Of a stretch of DNA of 64,000 nt, positions 36,632 to 49,443 are shown piece after piece; the first letter of the stretch is position 1; each line of letters starts with the position of its first letter. The DNA is taken from the NCBI GenBank assembly GCA_044892525.1, contig CM097886.1:88102001-88166000 (forward strand). The letters run 5' to 3'. This stretch comes from Schmidtea polychroa (Eukaryota). The notes beneath the pieces were generated by a model, which had not been told where the DNA came from, ran no database searches, and was given only the letters and a program-made list of their open reading frames with translations. Position numbers and translations under genes: made by a program.

Positions 36632-39600
36632 AGATGTGTGCCTGCATCAGCTCAAGCGTCTGCCGTTCCCTCTAATGAGACTGATGCAGAGAGCACAATA
36701 GATAATTACTATTTACCAATTGACGATTTTGATCCTGAAATGTGGTTCTCTGATAATGATATTGATTGGTATCTTGAAAACCATATCGACAATCCAATGC
36801 ATGGATACATCAAATGCTTCATCGTTAATATTCTATGCTCGAATATTCAAGAAGAAATTGTTGCAATTCCACAGTCAATTACCAATGCTGAAATGATTTT
36901 TTGTCCACTTAATATAAACAATTCCCATTGGATTCTTTTTGTATACTGTAAGAAATCAAATTCATCTTACTTTATTGATCCAATTTTTAATAACCGAAAT
37001 AATCTAATCAACAAACAAATGGCTCTTAAAATGAATATTGCACTAAATAGATTTTTCAACCTCAAGATAGCAGTGTCATATCATCCGCATACAAATCTTC
37101 AATATCAAAATAACAACTTTGACTGTGGTCCATTCACTTGCGCTTATGCAGTGATAATCAGTAAAGATTGGAACAGCTTTCCTGATGGATTCATTGAAGA
37201 AATAAGACGAAATGTTCATCGATATCAGAAACACTTGGTTAATGGTGCACCAAATTTAATTGGAGGTGCTAAAAACAATTTAAATATGGCAACAATCAAT
37301 TTCAAGAAGGCTATCGCTAAATCTAAAACTACAAATAATAATTTAAACATTACTAAAATTCTCAACAACCAAGCGCCATGTGTGTCATCACTAATTGGTA
37401 AATATTATAAAGAGAATTCTAAAATCTTGGTTTTATCTGCCAATTTAACATCCAATTTAATTGCGCAAAATGACTCTTTTATAGCCGACAATGTCACCTT
37501 TAAACAATTTAAAGGAATCGATCATATTCTTGGTGTCATTCCAAAATTTAAAGATTGGTGTCTTTTCATATATTCCAGCAAACTTAACCGTAGCTACATT
37601 TTTGATTTTAATTATAGAAATATTGATGAGAGATTGATTGAAATTGGTGAAAAGATGACCGATTATCTCAATCAATTTTGTCTTAATCGAAAAATTAAAT
37701 TCATAGCTGATCATCGAATCTCGCATCCTTCCTTTCACTCTAATGACAATCAATACTTCGCAAGTTCCTTTATTGTGTTTTTTGAGAAATTTGTCTTTGA
37801 AAGACTCTTGGATTATGATAAAGTATATGATACACTTGGTGAATTAAAATCTCAGTCGTGCATTGAAATTTCTCCCAACTTTAATTTAATCAACGGTAAA
37901 ATAACTGATAAAATTATTAATGAATATTTTATGAACCTAAAATTATCGAATAATTATATTCTCCTAAACAGAACTTTGTCTGCTGCAATTTCAGATGATT
38001 GTACTCAATACTTAAATGATTTTTTAAACATTGAGGACATGATGAAGGCAAATGTAATCTTTGCAATAATTTCTCCTCCCAAGGCCCATGAATTGCTGTT
38101 GGTAATTGATTACGACACAGACGAACATTATTTTCTTAGTCCAGTGACCAATGATTTGAATGTGTTTTCTAAAGCTTTCTCTTATAACATTGTGCTCAAA
38201 ATTAATGAGCTAAGACAAAGTAAAGGGCGTTCAATGACAATTGGCCACTGCCCACATGATATAAGAGGTTCTGGTTTATTTAGCAAAATATTAATTTGTG
38301 CATTTATCAGAAACTACACTCAAGATAAATCTCTTGAAAATATTAACTTGACTGAAATTTCTGAAATAATCAACTCTCTAGTTCCAATAGTTGATAATAA
38401 TGACATTGTCAAAATTGAGAGACGTGGAAAATTGAAAATTGCTAATTCTTTGAAACTAACTTTGAAGCAACGCAAAGATAGAATTGATGAGCTTTTAACT
38501 ACATTGTCTAACTCTAATGTTGATGAAATTATCTCTACTATTCTGGCAAATATTCCTCATCTAGAAAATTTGCAGGATCAAGAATTTCGAGAGCCATATC
38601 TTGGGAAAAATCACAATAAACCTAAAAAATTCAACAATTCTACTGAATTTCTGAAAAATATGAAAAAGACTGTAAACAGAATTTTAGGTAATCAGAGCGA
38701 AAAAGCTGAACCACCATTTCAGGAAATTATAAACACTTTCACTCATCAAGATACTTTACCTGGAAGTTGGAACAACGTTTTAAACTTTAGTAAAATCTCG
38801 AAAAGCTTACTTGAATTAGAAATTACTACGCCAATGGAAATTCTTTCCAATCTTCAGGAAGCTGATAATTCTACGCCCGGACTTGATAATGTATATTATA
38901 AAGATCTTCTGTTACTTGATCCAGATTGTAAGCTTCTAGCGTTACTTTTCAACAAAGTCATTCAACTGAAATCTATCCCTACAAGTTGGAAAACTTTTAA
39001 AACAATATTAATTCCGAAACCTGATAAAAATGACCAATACCATAAAATATCTTCATGGCGACCAATCGCATTACTGTCAGTGATTTACAAAGTTTTCGCT
39101 TCAGTTCTTGCAACTCGTCTTAGTTCATGGATTAAAGAAAATAATCTGCTGCATATTGGCCAAAAGGGTGGTTCAGAATACGAAGGATGTATTGAACACA
39201 ACTCAATTCTCTCTGCGATTGTCGAGCATTCAAAATATAGTAAATCTTCACCTTTAGCAATAGCATGGCTTGACATCAAAGACGCTTTCGGAAGTGTTCC
39301 ACACGAATACATGTGGACATTGTTAAGACATATGAACGTTGGTGAAAACTTTGTGAATATCCTGAAATTACTTTATACAGATACGAGCTCTTTTTATCGC
39401 TGTAACAAAATGCAGACACCAAATATTCCAATAAAGAAAGGTGTAAAACAAGGCTGCCCGATCTCTATGATTCTGTTTGCAATAGCTATTAATCCGGTTC
39501 TTGAAGCTATTACCGCATCTAACATTACACCTTTTATGATAGGCTCTTCTCAAGTACAAGTGTTAGCTTATGCTGATGACATTGCACTTATTGCAACTAG

Positions 39601-41582
39601 CTCAACTGACCTCCAAAAGCTAATTGGCGTAGCTGTAAAAACTGCCAATAATATTGGATTTGAATATCGCCCTGAAAAATGTGCATATATACAATACCCA
39701 AAACTAGAAACGGTCAGTGAAATCGTTGTCAACAATGATTTAATTAAAAAACTTGCTGGTAATGAATTTTACCAATACTTAGGAGTGCCAATAGGTGATA
39801 ATAATGATCAAAGTCCCTATGAAATCGTCAGCCAAGTCATTGAAGATACTAAAAAGATTGCAAACTCTGATCTCTATGGTTGGCAAAAGCTCAAAGCTTA
39901 TAAAATCTTCCTGCATTCGCGCCTTATTTTCCCATTTAGAACTAGGGAAATTAAAACTAGTTCATTAACATCTCCTAGTAGTAACTCAAGGATAAATGTA
40001 AATAGTACTAGCCAATTGAGGAGCCATTTGAGGAAAATATTAAATTTACCAAACCACTCTGAAATAAGTTATTTCTATAATGCCACTGAAAATGGTGGAG
40101 CTGGCTGTATTGACCTTCTTGATGAGTATCACACACAGTCGATTGTTTACTTTTTCCGTTTACTAACATCAACTTGCGACTATTCAAAAAAGATAAACAC
40201 TTTTTCACTCTTGTCTGTGACAAGTCCAAGACTCGGAATCAAAGAACCAACTCTCAGTCAAAGCTTGGAATGGGTTAATGGAAAAGAAAGCAAATTAAAT
40301 CATAGTGGTAGTAAAACTCGCTTCTACCGATTGCGTGCATCAATTGCATATTTCAATCGAGTTCACAACATTAAAATTTCGTTCGAAACTTTCAAACAAA
40401 ATCCTTCGATTCGGCTCACTACTTCATTAACTGGCACTCGCATATTATTACCAAAATTAAGAAAAGCATTATCAAAGATTCTCCATTCTGCTCTTCAAGA
40501 TTCGTATCTCGAAAAGTGGGAGAAGAGTAATCAAAGTAATCTAATTGTATCTGCTCTCAAACTTTGTCCATTTGTCAACAAACTAATCTTTCGTAGTGAC
40601 TTGACAGACTTTGAATGGAATTTCATTCATCGAGCTCGAACAAATACACTCTCTACATTTGCAAAGCCACATAAAACTGGCGAAGACCGCCTTTGTCGTA
40701 GGTGTAAATCTGAAGATGAGACAATTTTACATGTACTCCAAACTTGTAGAATCAATCAATCATTAGCAACTAATCGACATAATGCTTGCTTGGAAAAAAT
40801 TAAAGATGCACTTAAAAATCCTGAACTCTTGGTTGTCACTGATCATAAATGTTCTCTTGTACCGACTTCCAACGAACGGGTTGATCTTTTAATAACCAAT
40901 ACCGAGAGAAAAACGATTTTACTAGTAGACATGAAATGTCCAATTGATTCTGTAATTAATTTTGAGCGAGTCGACAAATTAAATATGGAAAAATATGATA
41001 AATTAAAAACAGATATACAAACAGTTAAACCTGATTACAAAGTTGAATTGTTCACATGCATCATGGGTTCCTTGGGATCAATTGAACCAAAAACTTCTGA
41101 TCTTTTATTAAAAATGGGAATTCCACAAACAAAAATCAAAGGTTTGATGAAGGAATGTGCAATAAGTAACATTGCACATTCGGCAAAGATTTGGTATTTT
41201 CATTGTAATGGAAAGCTTCCAAACTTTGAATAATTAAAATAAATTGGTTTTCAACATAGGAAAATAATTAAATTTAAAACTTTTATTAATTTGATTATTA
41301 AAACAAACTAAATTTAAATTTCATTAAAAAAAATAAACTAATTATTAAAGAGACTTTCATTTTTTCGAGATAAATATTCTGCGACAAAGCAAATTTAAGA
41401 ATTTAGATCTTCAATCTACCAAAGACAAGTCGCAATGCCGGATGATGAAATCCGATGACAGTGATCAGAGATTCCAGCAGATGAAGCTAATATGTGAATA
41501 TTTCCTTATGGACAACTCCATGTAGAGCTGATTATCTGTTAAAAACAATATTCAAATTTGTTATATTTAATAAATGTTTAAT
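34099..41582 (+). mobile_element. Retrotransposon copy 5, full length; ORF1 frameshifted
   Basis: Same junctions. Confidence 0.95.
36638..41233 (+). CDS. ORF2 protease-RT-RLE (1531 aa), copy 5
   Basis: Intact frame and motifs. Confidence 0.95.
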   Translation: MPASAQASAVPSNETDAESTIDNYYLPIDDFDPEMWFSDNDIDWYLENHIDNPMHGYIKCFIVNILCSNIQEEIVAIPQSITNAEMIFCPLNINNSHWILFVYCKKSNSSYFIDPIFNNRNNLINKQMALKMNIALNRFFNLKIAVSYHPHTNLQYQNNNFDCGPFTCAYAVIISKDWNSFPDGFIEEIRRNVHRYQKHLVNGAPNLIGGAKNNLNMATINFKKAIAKSKTTNNNLNITKILNNQAPCVSSLIGKYYKENSKILVLSANLTSNLIAQNDSFIADNVTFKQFKGIDHILGVIPKFKDWCLFIYSSKLNRSYIFDFNYRNIDERLIEIGEKMTDYLNQFCLNRKIKFIADHRISHPSFHSNDNQYFASSFIVFFEKFVFERLLDYDKVYDTLGELKSQSCIEISPNFNLINGKITDKIINEYFMNLKLSNNYILLNRTLSAAISDDCTQYLNDFLNIEDMMKANVIFAIISPPKAHELLLVIDYDTDEHYFLSPVTNDLNVFSKAFSYNIVLKINELRQSKGRSMTIGHCPHDIRGSGLFSKILICAFIRNYTQDKSLENINLTEISEIINSLVPIVDNNDIVKIERRGKLKIANSLKLTLKQRKDRIDELLTTLSNSNVDEIISTILANIPHLENLQDQEFREPYLGKNHNKPKKFNNSTEFLKNMKKTVNRILGNQSEKAEPPFQEIINTFTHQDTLPGSWNNVLNFSKISKSLLELEITTPMEILSNLQEADNSTPGLDNVYYKDLLLLDPDCKLLALLFNKVIQLKSIPTSWKTFKTILIPKPDKNDQYHKISSWRPIALLSVIYKVFASVLATRLSSWIKENNLLHIGQKGGSEYEGCIEHNSILSAIVEHSKYSKSSPLAIAWLDIKDAFGSVPHEYMWTLLRHMNVGENFVNILKLLYTDTSSFYRCNKMQTPNIPIKKGVKQGCPISMILFAIAINPVLEAITASNITPFMIGSSQVQVLAYADDIALIATSSTDLQKLIGVAVKTANNIGFEYRPEKCAYIQYPKLETVSEIVVNNDLIKKLAGNEFYQYLGVPIGDNNDQSPYEIVSQVIEDTKKIANSDLYGWQKLKAYKIFLHSRLIFPFRTREIKTSSLTSPSSNSRINVNSTSQLRSHLRKILNLPNHSEISYFYNATENGGAGCIDLLDEYHTQSIVYFFRLLTSTCDYSKKINTFSLLSVTSPRLGIKEPTLSQSLEWVNGKESKLNHSGSKTRFYRLRASIAYFNRVHNIKISFETFKQNPSIRLTTSLTGTRILLPKLRKALSKILHSALQDSYLEKWEKSNQSNLIVSALKLCPFVNKLIFRSDLTDFEWNFIHRARTNTLSTFAKPHKTGEDRLCRRCKSEDETILHVLQTCRINQSLATNRHNACLEKIKDALKNPELLVVTDHKCSLVPTSNERVDLLITNTERKTILLVDMKCPIDSVINFERVDKLNMEKYDKLKTDIQTVKPDYKVELFTCIMGSLGSIEPKTSDLLLKMGIPQTKIKGLMKECAISNIAHSAKIWYFHCNGKLPNFE

Positions 41583-41636
41583 TAGCGCGTCAGTCTCATA
41601 ATCTGAAGGTTGTGAGTTCGATCCTCACTCGGGGCA
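41583..41636 (+). pseudogene. 5'-truncated tRNA-Met (nt 20-73, C48T); only tRNA remnant between copies 5 and 6
   Basis: The interval 41583-41773 is only 191 bp (half tRNA plus partial spacer). Confidence 0.92.
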
Positions 41637-41769
41637 TAATGTTTTGGATTTTTTCAAAAATTTTCAATTTTGCTATTCTTAGTTCTACAAAGCAATTCGT
41701 TTTCAAAACCCAACTTTTCTACATCATTTCGACAATAAATCATCAATATTTTGACTTGAATAAAATAAA

Positions 41770-44305
41770 ATGACTAACGAAGAAAACAAGATGATGCAAT
41801 CGCCTTATGCAATGCATCAACAAGATATGCACACTGGAGTTCAATCAACGACTGCAGAAGGATTATGTAATTATGCAATTGATATGAAGAAACTTCAGAA
41901 GTTATTCCAATATCAATTGCAATCAAATCAAGCTCTTTTGGATTTCTTCAGTCAATTCAAAGCTGGATTTCATATGCCTTCCATGGAGAATTCAATGAAC
42001 AATGTCCTTCCAAACAAGCCGGAAAATCAGTTTCAGAATTTCGAGAAACGTTTGGATTTAATGGAGATTTCATTCTCAAAGAAGCTTGAAAGGTTAGAGT
42101 GTTTATCTTTGAATTTTGAGGGTTTCTTTAATAATTTAAATAATTTCAATAAATTTTCTTTAAATAAAGATTTTTTCCATTTTAAAGATAATAAAATTAA
42201 TGAAATTTCAAATTTAGATAATTGTAATTTTAATAATTCATCAATTGTCAATAAGGATTTTAATATAGAGTTTGATAAATTTCCTTTAAATAAAAATTCT
42301 TGTAATGTTAATAATTCAACTTCTGATAAAAATCTCAATATTAATGTGAATAACGATTTAAATAAGGATAGTGCAAATTTCGATAATTTTAAAATTTCAA
42401 TAAATAATAATACACGTTTTGACAATCCTAAAGTGTTTGTTTCCAAACCGATAATAAGTAATAAAAGTTTTGATTTTAAGACTTTTATTCGTATTTTAAC
42501 AAAAAAAGAGCGAAAACAGCTCTATAATAAGTTTCCAACTTTGATTCCTTTAACTAAAATTAAGGAATCAAAGAATAAATATTTAAAATTAAATAAAGTT
42601 TTATCTGGGGAGGAATTTAATACCAATCCTTTAGGTTTAGATAATTTTAAATGTTTTCTTTATAGGAATTTTAATTTCTGTGTTGAGTTTCATATAAGTA
42701 GTTTTTTAAATGAAAACTCAACCGTTAAACCTGTCTCTTATAAAAAGAAAATTTTTTTGTCTGAACATAATATTGTAAAGACTTTTCCTAATTTTTCTAA
42801 TTATATAGCAGCACCAACTTCAATTAAAAGATTTTTATTTAATCTTTCGCCTGAGCTTTCTGAAACAGTTTCTATTACAGATTGTAATCATAGAGAAAAT
42901 AAAATTAATAAAATCATTTCTTCTTTGATTAAACAAGATAAACTCCCAAATTATCTGGTAAAATCAAAAATTAAATATCAAAAGGGTGAGTTTATATTGT
43001 TAGATTTGACAAACCCAAATATAACATCCAAGATAAATAACGATTTCACATCATCAACATTTTCCGAACTCTCTCGTACCCAGATGAAATCTCTCTACTC
43101 ATCTTATCCTTCTCTTAAAGAGATTATGTTTGTTGAGAATCCTGACTCAAAATCATCTTCAATTATTAAGTTGATTGAATCTTTAAAAATCGATAATGTG
43201 TTTCCTGAAGATATCTTTTTTGAAGGGGGTAAATTCTTTCAATCTGATATTAAACACAGAACCCAATTCATTTCCTGACATAATGTTTAATCTTGGGTTA
43301 TTTGATCTAATAAACATGGCAAAAGATGATGTTGAATTAAAATCAATTTTGACTAAAACAGATTGTCACTTTAAAATTGTTGAGATAGTATTTTATCTAA
43401 ATTACTTGGGTTTGGTTGGATCCTTAAAATTTTCTCAAAATCAAACTTATTCTGATTATGTTGTGAACTATATTCGAAATTGTTGTTTATTAAATTCACT
43501 CTGTTCGCTTGAAGATCTTTCTCTTCTCTCGCTTGAAAATTTTGAAAGTTGGGCTTCTGAAATTATTCAAAGGATTCCAAACTCGTCTTTTTATTATACA
43601 AATTGTCAAGAAAAACTCTTGAAATTAAAACAATGGAAAATTTCTGGGGAAATTAAAAAGATCCATAACGTAATATCTCCAGAAACTATAGCATGTGTTA
43701 ATAGTTTTCTTGATCTTGTTGACGAAACCTTTCCCAATAAATTTCAAAACAATAATATCCTTACTAAATTAATGGAAACAATTAATAATGAGAAATTAAT
43801 AGATGACACATATGGCGTTAAAGCGAAGCGATTTATTTATTTTTTGTTGAGAAATACAAAGAAATTCATGGATAAAAACCAGAAATTCCGTCTGTTTGAA
43901 ACAAGTAATAAATATTGCACTCCAGAGATGTGCCAGCAAATTTCTCTAATAATAACTAAATTAAAATTAATTGTTAACCAAATCAATGTAAAAGAAACAG
44001 CCGAAACCAATTGCGATATTGACAATCCAACTACCAACAATGATGTTTTGGACCCTATCGTTGTCATAGAAGAAATCAACTGTATGAAATGTAATAACAT
44101 CCTTGAAAAATTCATTTTGGCCAGAGAAGGAATGAATGTTAACATTTGTGAAAACTGTTTATTTGACGCCATTTCCACTGATCAATCAAATTCTAGTCAA
44201 GTCAATCCAATCCCTACAGAGACTATTGAAGAACCTCTCACAAAGAAATCTGCTACAAAATCGCGAGCTACGACACTAAAAAAACAATCATCGAAGACCA
44301 AATGA
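41770..44305 (+). pseudogene. ORF1 with 2-bp deletion at ~43258
   Basis: aaacacAGAAccc versus aaacacAAAGAAccc; same lesion in copies 7 and 8. Confidence 0.85.
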
Positions 44306-47300
44306 AGATGTGTGCCTGCATCAGCTCAAGCGTCTGCCGTTCCCTCTAATGAGACTGATGCAGAGAGCACAATAGATAATTACTATTTACCAATTGACGA
44401 TTTTGATCCTGAAATGTGGTTCTCTGATAATGATATTGATTGGTATCTTGAAAACCATATCGACAATCCAATGCATGGATACATCAAATGCTTCATCGTT
44501 AATATTCTATGCTCGAATATTCAAGAAGAAATTGTTGCAATTCCACAGTCAATTACCAATGCTGAAATGATTTTTTGTCCACTTAATATAAACAATTCCC
44601 ATTGGATTCTTTTTGTATACTGTAAGAAATCAAATTCATCTTACTTTATTGATCCAATTTTTAATAACCGAAATAATCTAATCAACAAACAAATGGCTCT
44701 TAAAATGAATATTGCACTAAATAGATTTTTCAACCTCAAGATAGCAGTGTCATATCATCCGCATACAAATCTTCAATATCAAAATAACAACTTTGACTGT
44801 GGTCCATTCACTTGCGCTTATGCAGTGATAATCAGTAAAGATTGGAACAGCTTTCCTGATGGATTCATTGAAGAAATAAGACGAAATGTTCATCGATATC
44901 AGAAACACTTGGTTAATGGTGCACCAAATTTAATTGGAGGTGCTAAAAACAATTTAAATATGGCAACAATCAATTTCAAGAAGGCTATCGCTAAATCTAA
45001 AACTACAAATAATAATTTAAACATTACTAAAATTCTCAACAACCAAGCGCCATGTGTGTCATCACTAATTGGTAAATATTATAAAGAGAATTCTAAAATC
45101 TTGGTTTTATCTGCCAATTTAACATCCAATTTAATTGCGCAAAATGACTCTTTTATAGCCGACAATGTCACCTTTAAACAATTTAAAGGAATCGATCATA
45201 TTCTTGGTGTCATTCCAAAATTTAAAGATTGGTGTCTTTTCATATATTCCAGCAAACTTAACCGTAGCTACATTTTTGATTTTAATTATAGAAATATTGA
45301 TGAGAGATTGATTGAAATTGGTGAAAAGATGACCGATTATCTCAATCAATTTTGTCTTAATCGAAAAATTAAATTCATAGCTGATCATCGAATCTCGCAT
45401 CCTTCCTTTCACTCTAATGACAATCAATACTTCGCAAGTTCCTTTATTGTGTTTTTTGAGAAATTTGTCTTTGAAAGACTCTTGGATTATGATAAAGTAT
45501 ATGATACACTTGGTGAATTAAAATCTCAGTCGTGCATTGAAATTTCTCCCAACTTTAATTTAATCAACGGTAAAATAACTGATAAAATTATTAATGAATA
45601 TTTTATGAACCTAAAATTATCGAATAATTATATTCTCCTAAACAGAACTTTGTCTGCTGCAATTTCAGATGATTGTACTCAATACTTAAATGATTTTTTA
45701 AACATTGAGGACATGATGAAGGCAAATGTAATCTTTGCAATAATTTCTCCTCCCAAGGCCCATGAATTGCTGTTGGTAATTGATTACGACACAGACGAAC
45801 ATTATTTTCTTAGTCCAGTGACCAATGATTTGAATGTGTTTTCTAAAGCTTTCTCTTATAACATTGTGCTCAAAATTAATGAGCTAAGACAAAGTAAAGG
45901 GCGTTCAATGACAATTGGCCACTGCCCACATGATATAAGAGGTTCTGGTTTATTTAGCAAAATATTAATTTGTGCATTTATCAGAAACTACACTCAAGAT
46001 AAATCTCTTGAAAATATTAACTTGACTGAAATTTCTGAAATAATCAACTCTCTAGTTCCAATAGTTGATAATAATGACATTGTCAAAATTGAGAGACGTG
46101 GAAAATTGAAAATTGCTAATTCTTTGAAACTAACTTTGAAGCAACGCAAAGATAGAATTGATGAGCTTTTAACTACATTGTCTAACTCTAATGTTGATGA
46201 AATTATCTCTACTATTCTGGCAAATATTCCTCATCTAGAAAATTTGCAGGATCAAGAATTTCGAGAGCCATATCTTGGGAAAAATCACAATAAACCTAAA
46301 AAATTCAACAATTCTACTGAATTTCTGAAAAATATGAAAAAGACTGTAAACAGAATTTTAGGTAATCAGAGCGAAAAAGCTGAACCACCATTTCAGGAAA
46401 TTATAAACACTTTCACTCATCAAGATACTTTACCTGGAAGTTGGAACAACGTTTTAAACTTTAGTAAAATCTCGAAAAGCTTACTTGAATTAGAAATTAC
46501 TACGCCAATGGAAATTCTTTCCAATCTTCAGGAAGCTGATAATTCTACGCCCGGACTTGATAATGTATATTATAAAGATCTTCTGTTACTTGATCCAGAT
46601 TGTAAGCTTCTAGCGTTACTTTTCAACAAAGTCATTCAACTGAAATCTATCCCTACAAGTTGGAAAACTTTTAAAACAATATTAATTCCGAAACCTGATA
46701 AAAATGACCAATACCATAAAATATCTTCATGGCGACCAATCGCATTACTGTCAGTGATTTACAAAGTTTTCGCTTCAGTTCTTGCAACTCGTCTTAGTTC
46801 ATGGATTAAAGAAAATAATCTGCTGCATATTGGCCAAAAGGGTGGTTCAGAATACGAAGGATGTATTGAACACAACTCAATTCTCTCTGCGATTGTCGAG
46901 CATTCAAAATATAGTAAATCTTCACCTTTAGCAATAGCATGGCTTGACATCAAAGACGCTTTCGGAAGTGTTCCACACGAATACATGTGGACATTGTTAA
47001 GACATATGAACGTTGGTGAAAACTTTGTGAATATCCTGAAATTACTTTATACAGATACGAGCTCTTTTTATCGCTGTAACAAAATGCAGACACCAAATAT
47101 TCCAATAAAGAAAGGTGTAAAACAAGGCTGCCCGATCTCTATGATTCTGTTTGCAATAGCTATTAATCCGGTTCTTGAAGCTATTACCGCATCTAACATT
47201 ACACCTTTTATGATAGGCTCTTCTCAAGTACAAGTGTTAGCTTATGCTGATGACATTGCACTTATTGCAACTAGCTCAACTGACCTCCAAAAGCTAATTG

Positions 47301-49256
47301 GCGTAGCTGTAAAAACTGCCAATAATATTGGATTTGAATATCGCCCTGAAAAATGTGCATATATACAATACCCAAAACTAGAAACGGTCAGTGAAATCGT
47401 TGTCAACAATGATTTAATTAAAAAACTTGCTGGTAATGAATTTTACCAATACTTAGGAGTGCCAATAGGTGATAATAATGATCAAAGTCCCTATGAAATC
47501 GTCAGCCAAGTCATTGAAGATACTAAAAAGATTGCAAACTCTGATCTCTATGGTTGGCAAAAGCTCAAAGCTTATAAAATCTTCCTGCATTCGCGCCTTA
47601 TTTTCCCATTTAGAACTAGGGAAATTAAAACTAGTTCATTAACATCTCCTAGTAGTAACTCAAGGATAAATGTAAATAGTACTAGCCAATTGAGGAGCCA
47701 TTTGAGGAAAATATTAAATTTACCAAACCACTCTGAAATAAATTATTTCTATAATGCCACTGAAAATGGTGGAGCTGGCTGTATTGACCTTCTTGATGAG
47801 TATCACACACAGTCGATTGTTTACTTTTTCCGTTTACTAACATCAACTTGCGACTATTCAAAAAAGATAAACACTTTTTCACTCTTGTCTGTGACAAGTC
47901 CAAGACTCGGAATCAAAGAACCAACTCTCAGTCAAAGCTTGGAATGGGTTAATGGAAAAGAAAGCAAATTAAATCATAGTGGTAGTAAAACTCGCTTCTA
48001 CCGATTGCGTGCATCAATTGCATATTTCAATCGAGTTCACAACATTAAAATTTCGTTCGAAACTTTCAAACAAAATCCTTCGATTCGGCTCACTACTTCA
48101 TTAACTGGCACTCGCATATTATTACCAAAATTAAGAAAAGCATTATCAAAGATTCTCCATTCTGCTCTTCAAGATTCGTATCTCGAAAAGTGGGAGAAGA
48201 GTAATCAAAGTAATCTAATTGTATCTGCTCTCAAACTTTGTCCATTTGTCAACAAACTAATCTTTCGTAGTGACTTGACAGACTTTGAATGGAATTTCAT
48301 TCATCGAGCTCGAACAAATACACTCTCTACATTTGCAAAGCCACATAAAACTGGCGAAGACCGCCTTTGTCGTAGGTGTAAATCTGAAGATGAGACAATT
48401 TTACATGTACTCCAAACTTGTAGAATCAATCAATCATTAGCAACTAATCGACATAATGCTTGCTTGGAAAAAATTAAAGATGCACTTAAAAATCCTGAAC
48501 TCTTGGTTGTCACTGATCATAAATGTTCTCTTGTACCGACTTCCAACGAACGGGTTGATCTTTTAATAACCAATACCGAGAGAAAAACGATTTTACTAGT
48601 AGACATGAAATGTCCAATTGATTCTGTAATTAATTTTGAGCGAGTCGACAAATTAAATATGGAAAAATATGATAAATTAAAAACAGATATACAAACAGTT
48701 AAACCTGATTACAAAGTTGAATTGTTCACATGCATCATGGGTTCCTTGGGATCAATTGAACCAAAAACTTCTGATCTTTTATTAAAAATGGGAATTCCAC
48801 AAACAAAAATCAAAGGTTTGATGAAGGAATGTGCAATAAGTAACATTGCACATTCGGCAAAGATTTGGTATTTTCATTGTAATGGAAAGCTTCCAAACTT
48901 TGAATAATTAAAATAAATTGGTTTTCAACATAGGAAAATAATTAAATTTAAAACTTTTATTAATTTGATTATTAAAACAAACTAAATTTAAATTTCATTA
49001 AAAAAAATAAACTAATTATTAAAGAGACTTTCATTTTTTCGAGATAAATATTCTGCGACAAAGCAAATTTAAGAATTTAGATCTTCAATCTACCAAAGAC
49101 AAGTCGCAATGCCGGATGATGAAATCCGATGACAGTGATCAGAGATTCCAGCAGATGAAGCTAATATGTGAATATTTGCTTATGGACAACTCCATGTAGA
49201 GCTGATTATCTGTTAAAAACAATATTCAAATTTGTTATATTTAATAAATGTTTAAT
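41774..49256 (+). mobile_element. Retrotransposon copy 6, full length; ORF1 frameshifted
   Basis: Same junctions. Confidence 0.95.
44312..48907 (+). CDS. ORF2 protease-RT-RLE (1531 aa), copy 6
   Basis: Intact frame and motifs. Confidence 0.95.
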   Translation: MPASAQASAVPSNETDAESTIDNYYLPIDDFDPEMWFSDNDIDWYLENHIDNPMHGYIKCFIVNILCSNIQEEIVAIPQSITNAEMIFCPLNINNSHWILFVYCKKSNSSYFIDPIFNNRNNLINKQMALKMNIALNRFFNLKIAVSYHPHTNLQYQNNNFDCGPFTCAYAVIISKDWNSFPDGFIEEIRRNVHRYQKHLVNGAPNLIGGAKNNLNMATINFKKAIAKSKTTNNNLNITKILNNQAPCVSSLIGKYYKENSKILVLSANLTSNLIAQNDSFIADNVTFKQFKGIDHILGVIPKFKDWCLFIYSSKLNRSYIFDFNYRNIDERLIEIGEKMTDYLNQFCLNRKIKFIADHRISHPSFHSNDNQYFASSFIVFFEKFVFERLLDYDKVYDTLGELKSQSCIEISPNFNLINGKITDKIINEYFMNLKLSNNYILLNRTLSAAISDDCTQYLNDFLNIEDMMKANVIFAIISPPKAHELLLVIDYDTDEHYFLSPVTNDLNVFSKAFSYNIVLKINELRQSKGRSMTIGHCPHDIRGSGLFSKILICAFIRNYTQDKSLENINLTEISEIINSLVPIVDNNDIVKIERRGKLKIANSLKLTLKQRKDRIDELLTTLSNSNVDEIISTILANIPHLENLQDQEFREPYLGKNHNKPKKFNNSTEFLKNMKKTVNRILGNQSEKAEPPFQEIINTFTHQDTLPGSWNNVLNFSKISKSLLELEITTPMEILSNLQEADNSTPGLDNVYYKDLLLLDPDCKLLALLFNKVIQLKSIPTSWKTFKTILIPKPDKNDQYHKISSWRPIALLSVIYKVFASVLATRLSSWIKENNLLHIGQKGGSEYEGCIEHNSILSAIVEHSKYSKSSPLAIAWLDIKDAFGSVPHEYMWTLLRHMNVGENFVNILKLLYTDTSSFYRCNKMQTPNIPIKKGVKQGCPISMILFAIAINPVLEAITASNITPFMIGSSQVQVLAYADDIALIATSSTDLQKLIGVAVKTANNIGFEYRPEKCAYIQYPKLETVSEIVVNNDLIKKLAGNEFYQYLGVPIGDNNDQSPYEIVSQVIEDTKKIANSDLYGWQKLKAYKIFLHSRLIFPFRTREIKTSSLTSPSSNSRINVNSTSQLRSHLRKILNLPNHSEINYFYNATENGGAGCIDLLDEYHTQSIVYFFRLLTSTCDYSKKINTFSLLSVTSPRLGIKEPTLSQSLEWVNGKESKLNHSGSKTRFYRLRASIAYFNRVHNIKISFETFKQNPSIRLTTSLTGTRILLPKLRKALSKILHSALQDSYLEKWEKSNQSNLIVSALKLCPFVNKLIFRSDLTDFEWNFIHRARTNTLSTFAKPHKTGEDRLCRRCKSEDETILHVLQTCRINQSLATNRHNACLEKIKDALKNPELLVVTDHKCSLVPTSNERVDLLITNTERKTILLVDMKCPIDSVINFERVDKLNMEKYDKLKTDIQTVKPDYKVELFTCIMGSLGSIEPKTSDLLLKMGIPQTKIKGLMKECAISNIAHSAKIWYFHCNGKLPNFE

Positions 49257-49310
49257 TAGCGCGTCAGTCTCATAATCTGAAGGTTGTGAGTTCGATCCTC
49301 ACTCGGGGCA
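49257..49310 (+). pseudogene. 5'-truncated tRNA-Met (nt 20-73, C48T); only tRNA remnant between copies 6 and 7
   Basis: The interval 49257-49447 is only 191 bp. Confidence 0.92.
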
Positions 49311-49443
49311 TAATGTTTTGGATTTTTTCAAAAATTTTCAATTTTGCTATTCTTAGTTCTACAAAGCAATTCGTTTTCAAAACCCAACTTTTCTACATCA
49401 TTTCGACAATAAATCATCAATATTTTGACTTGAATAAAATAAA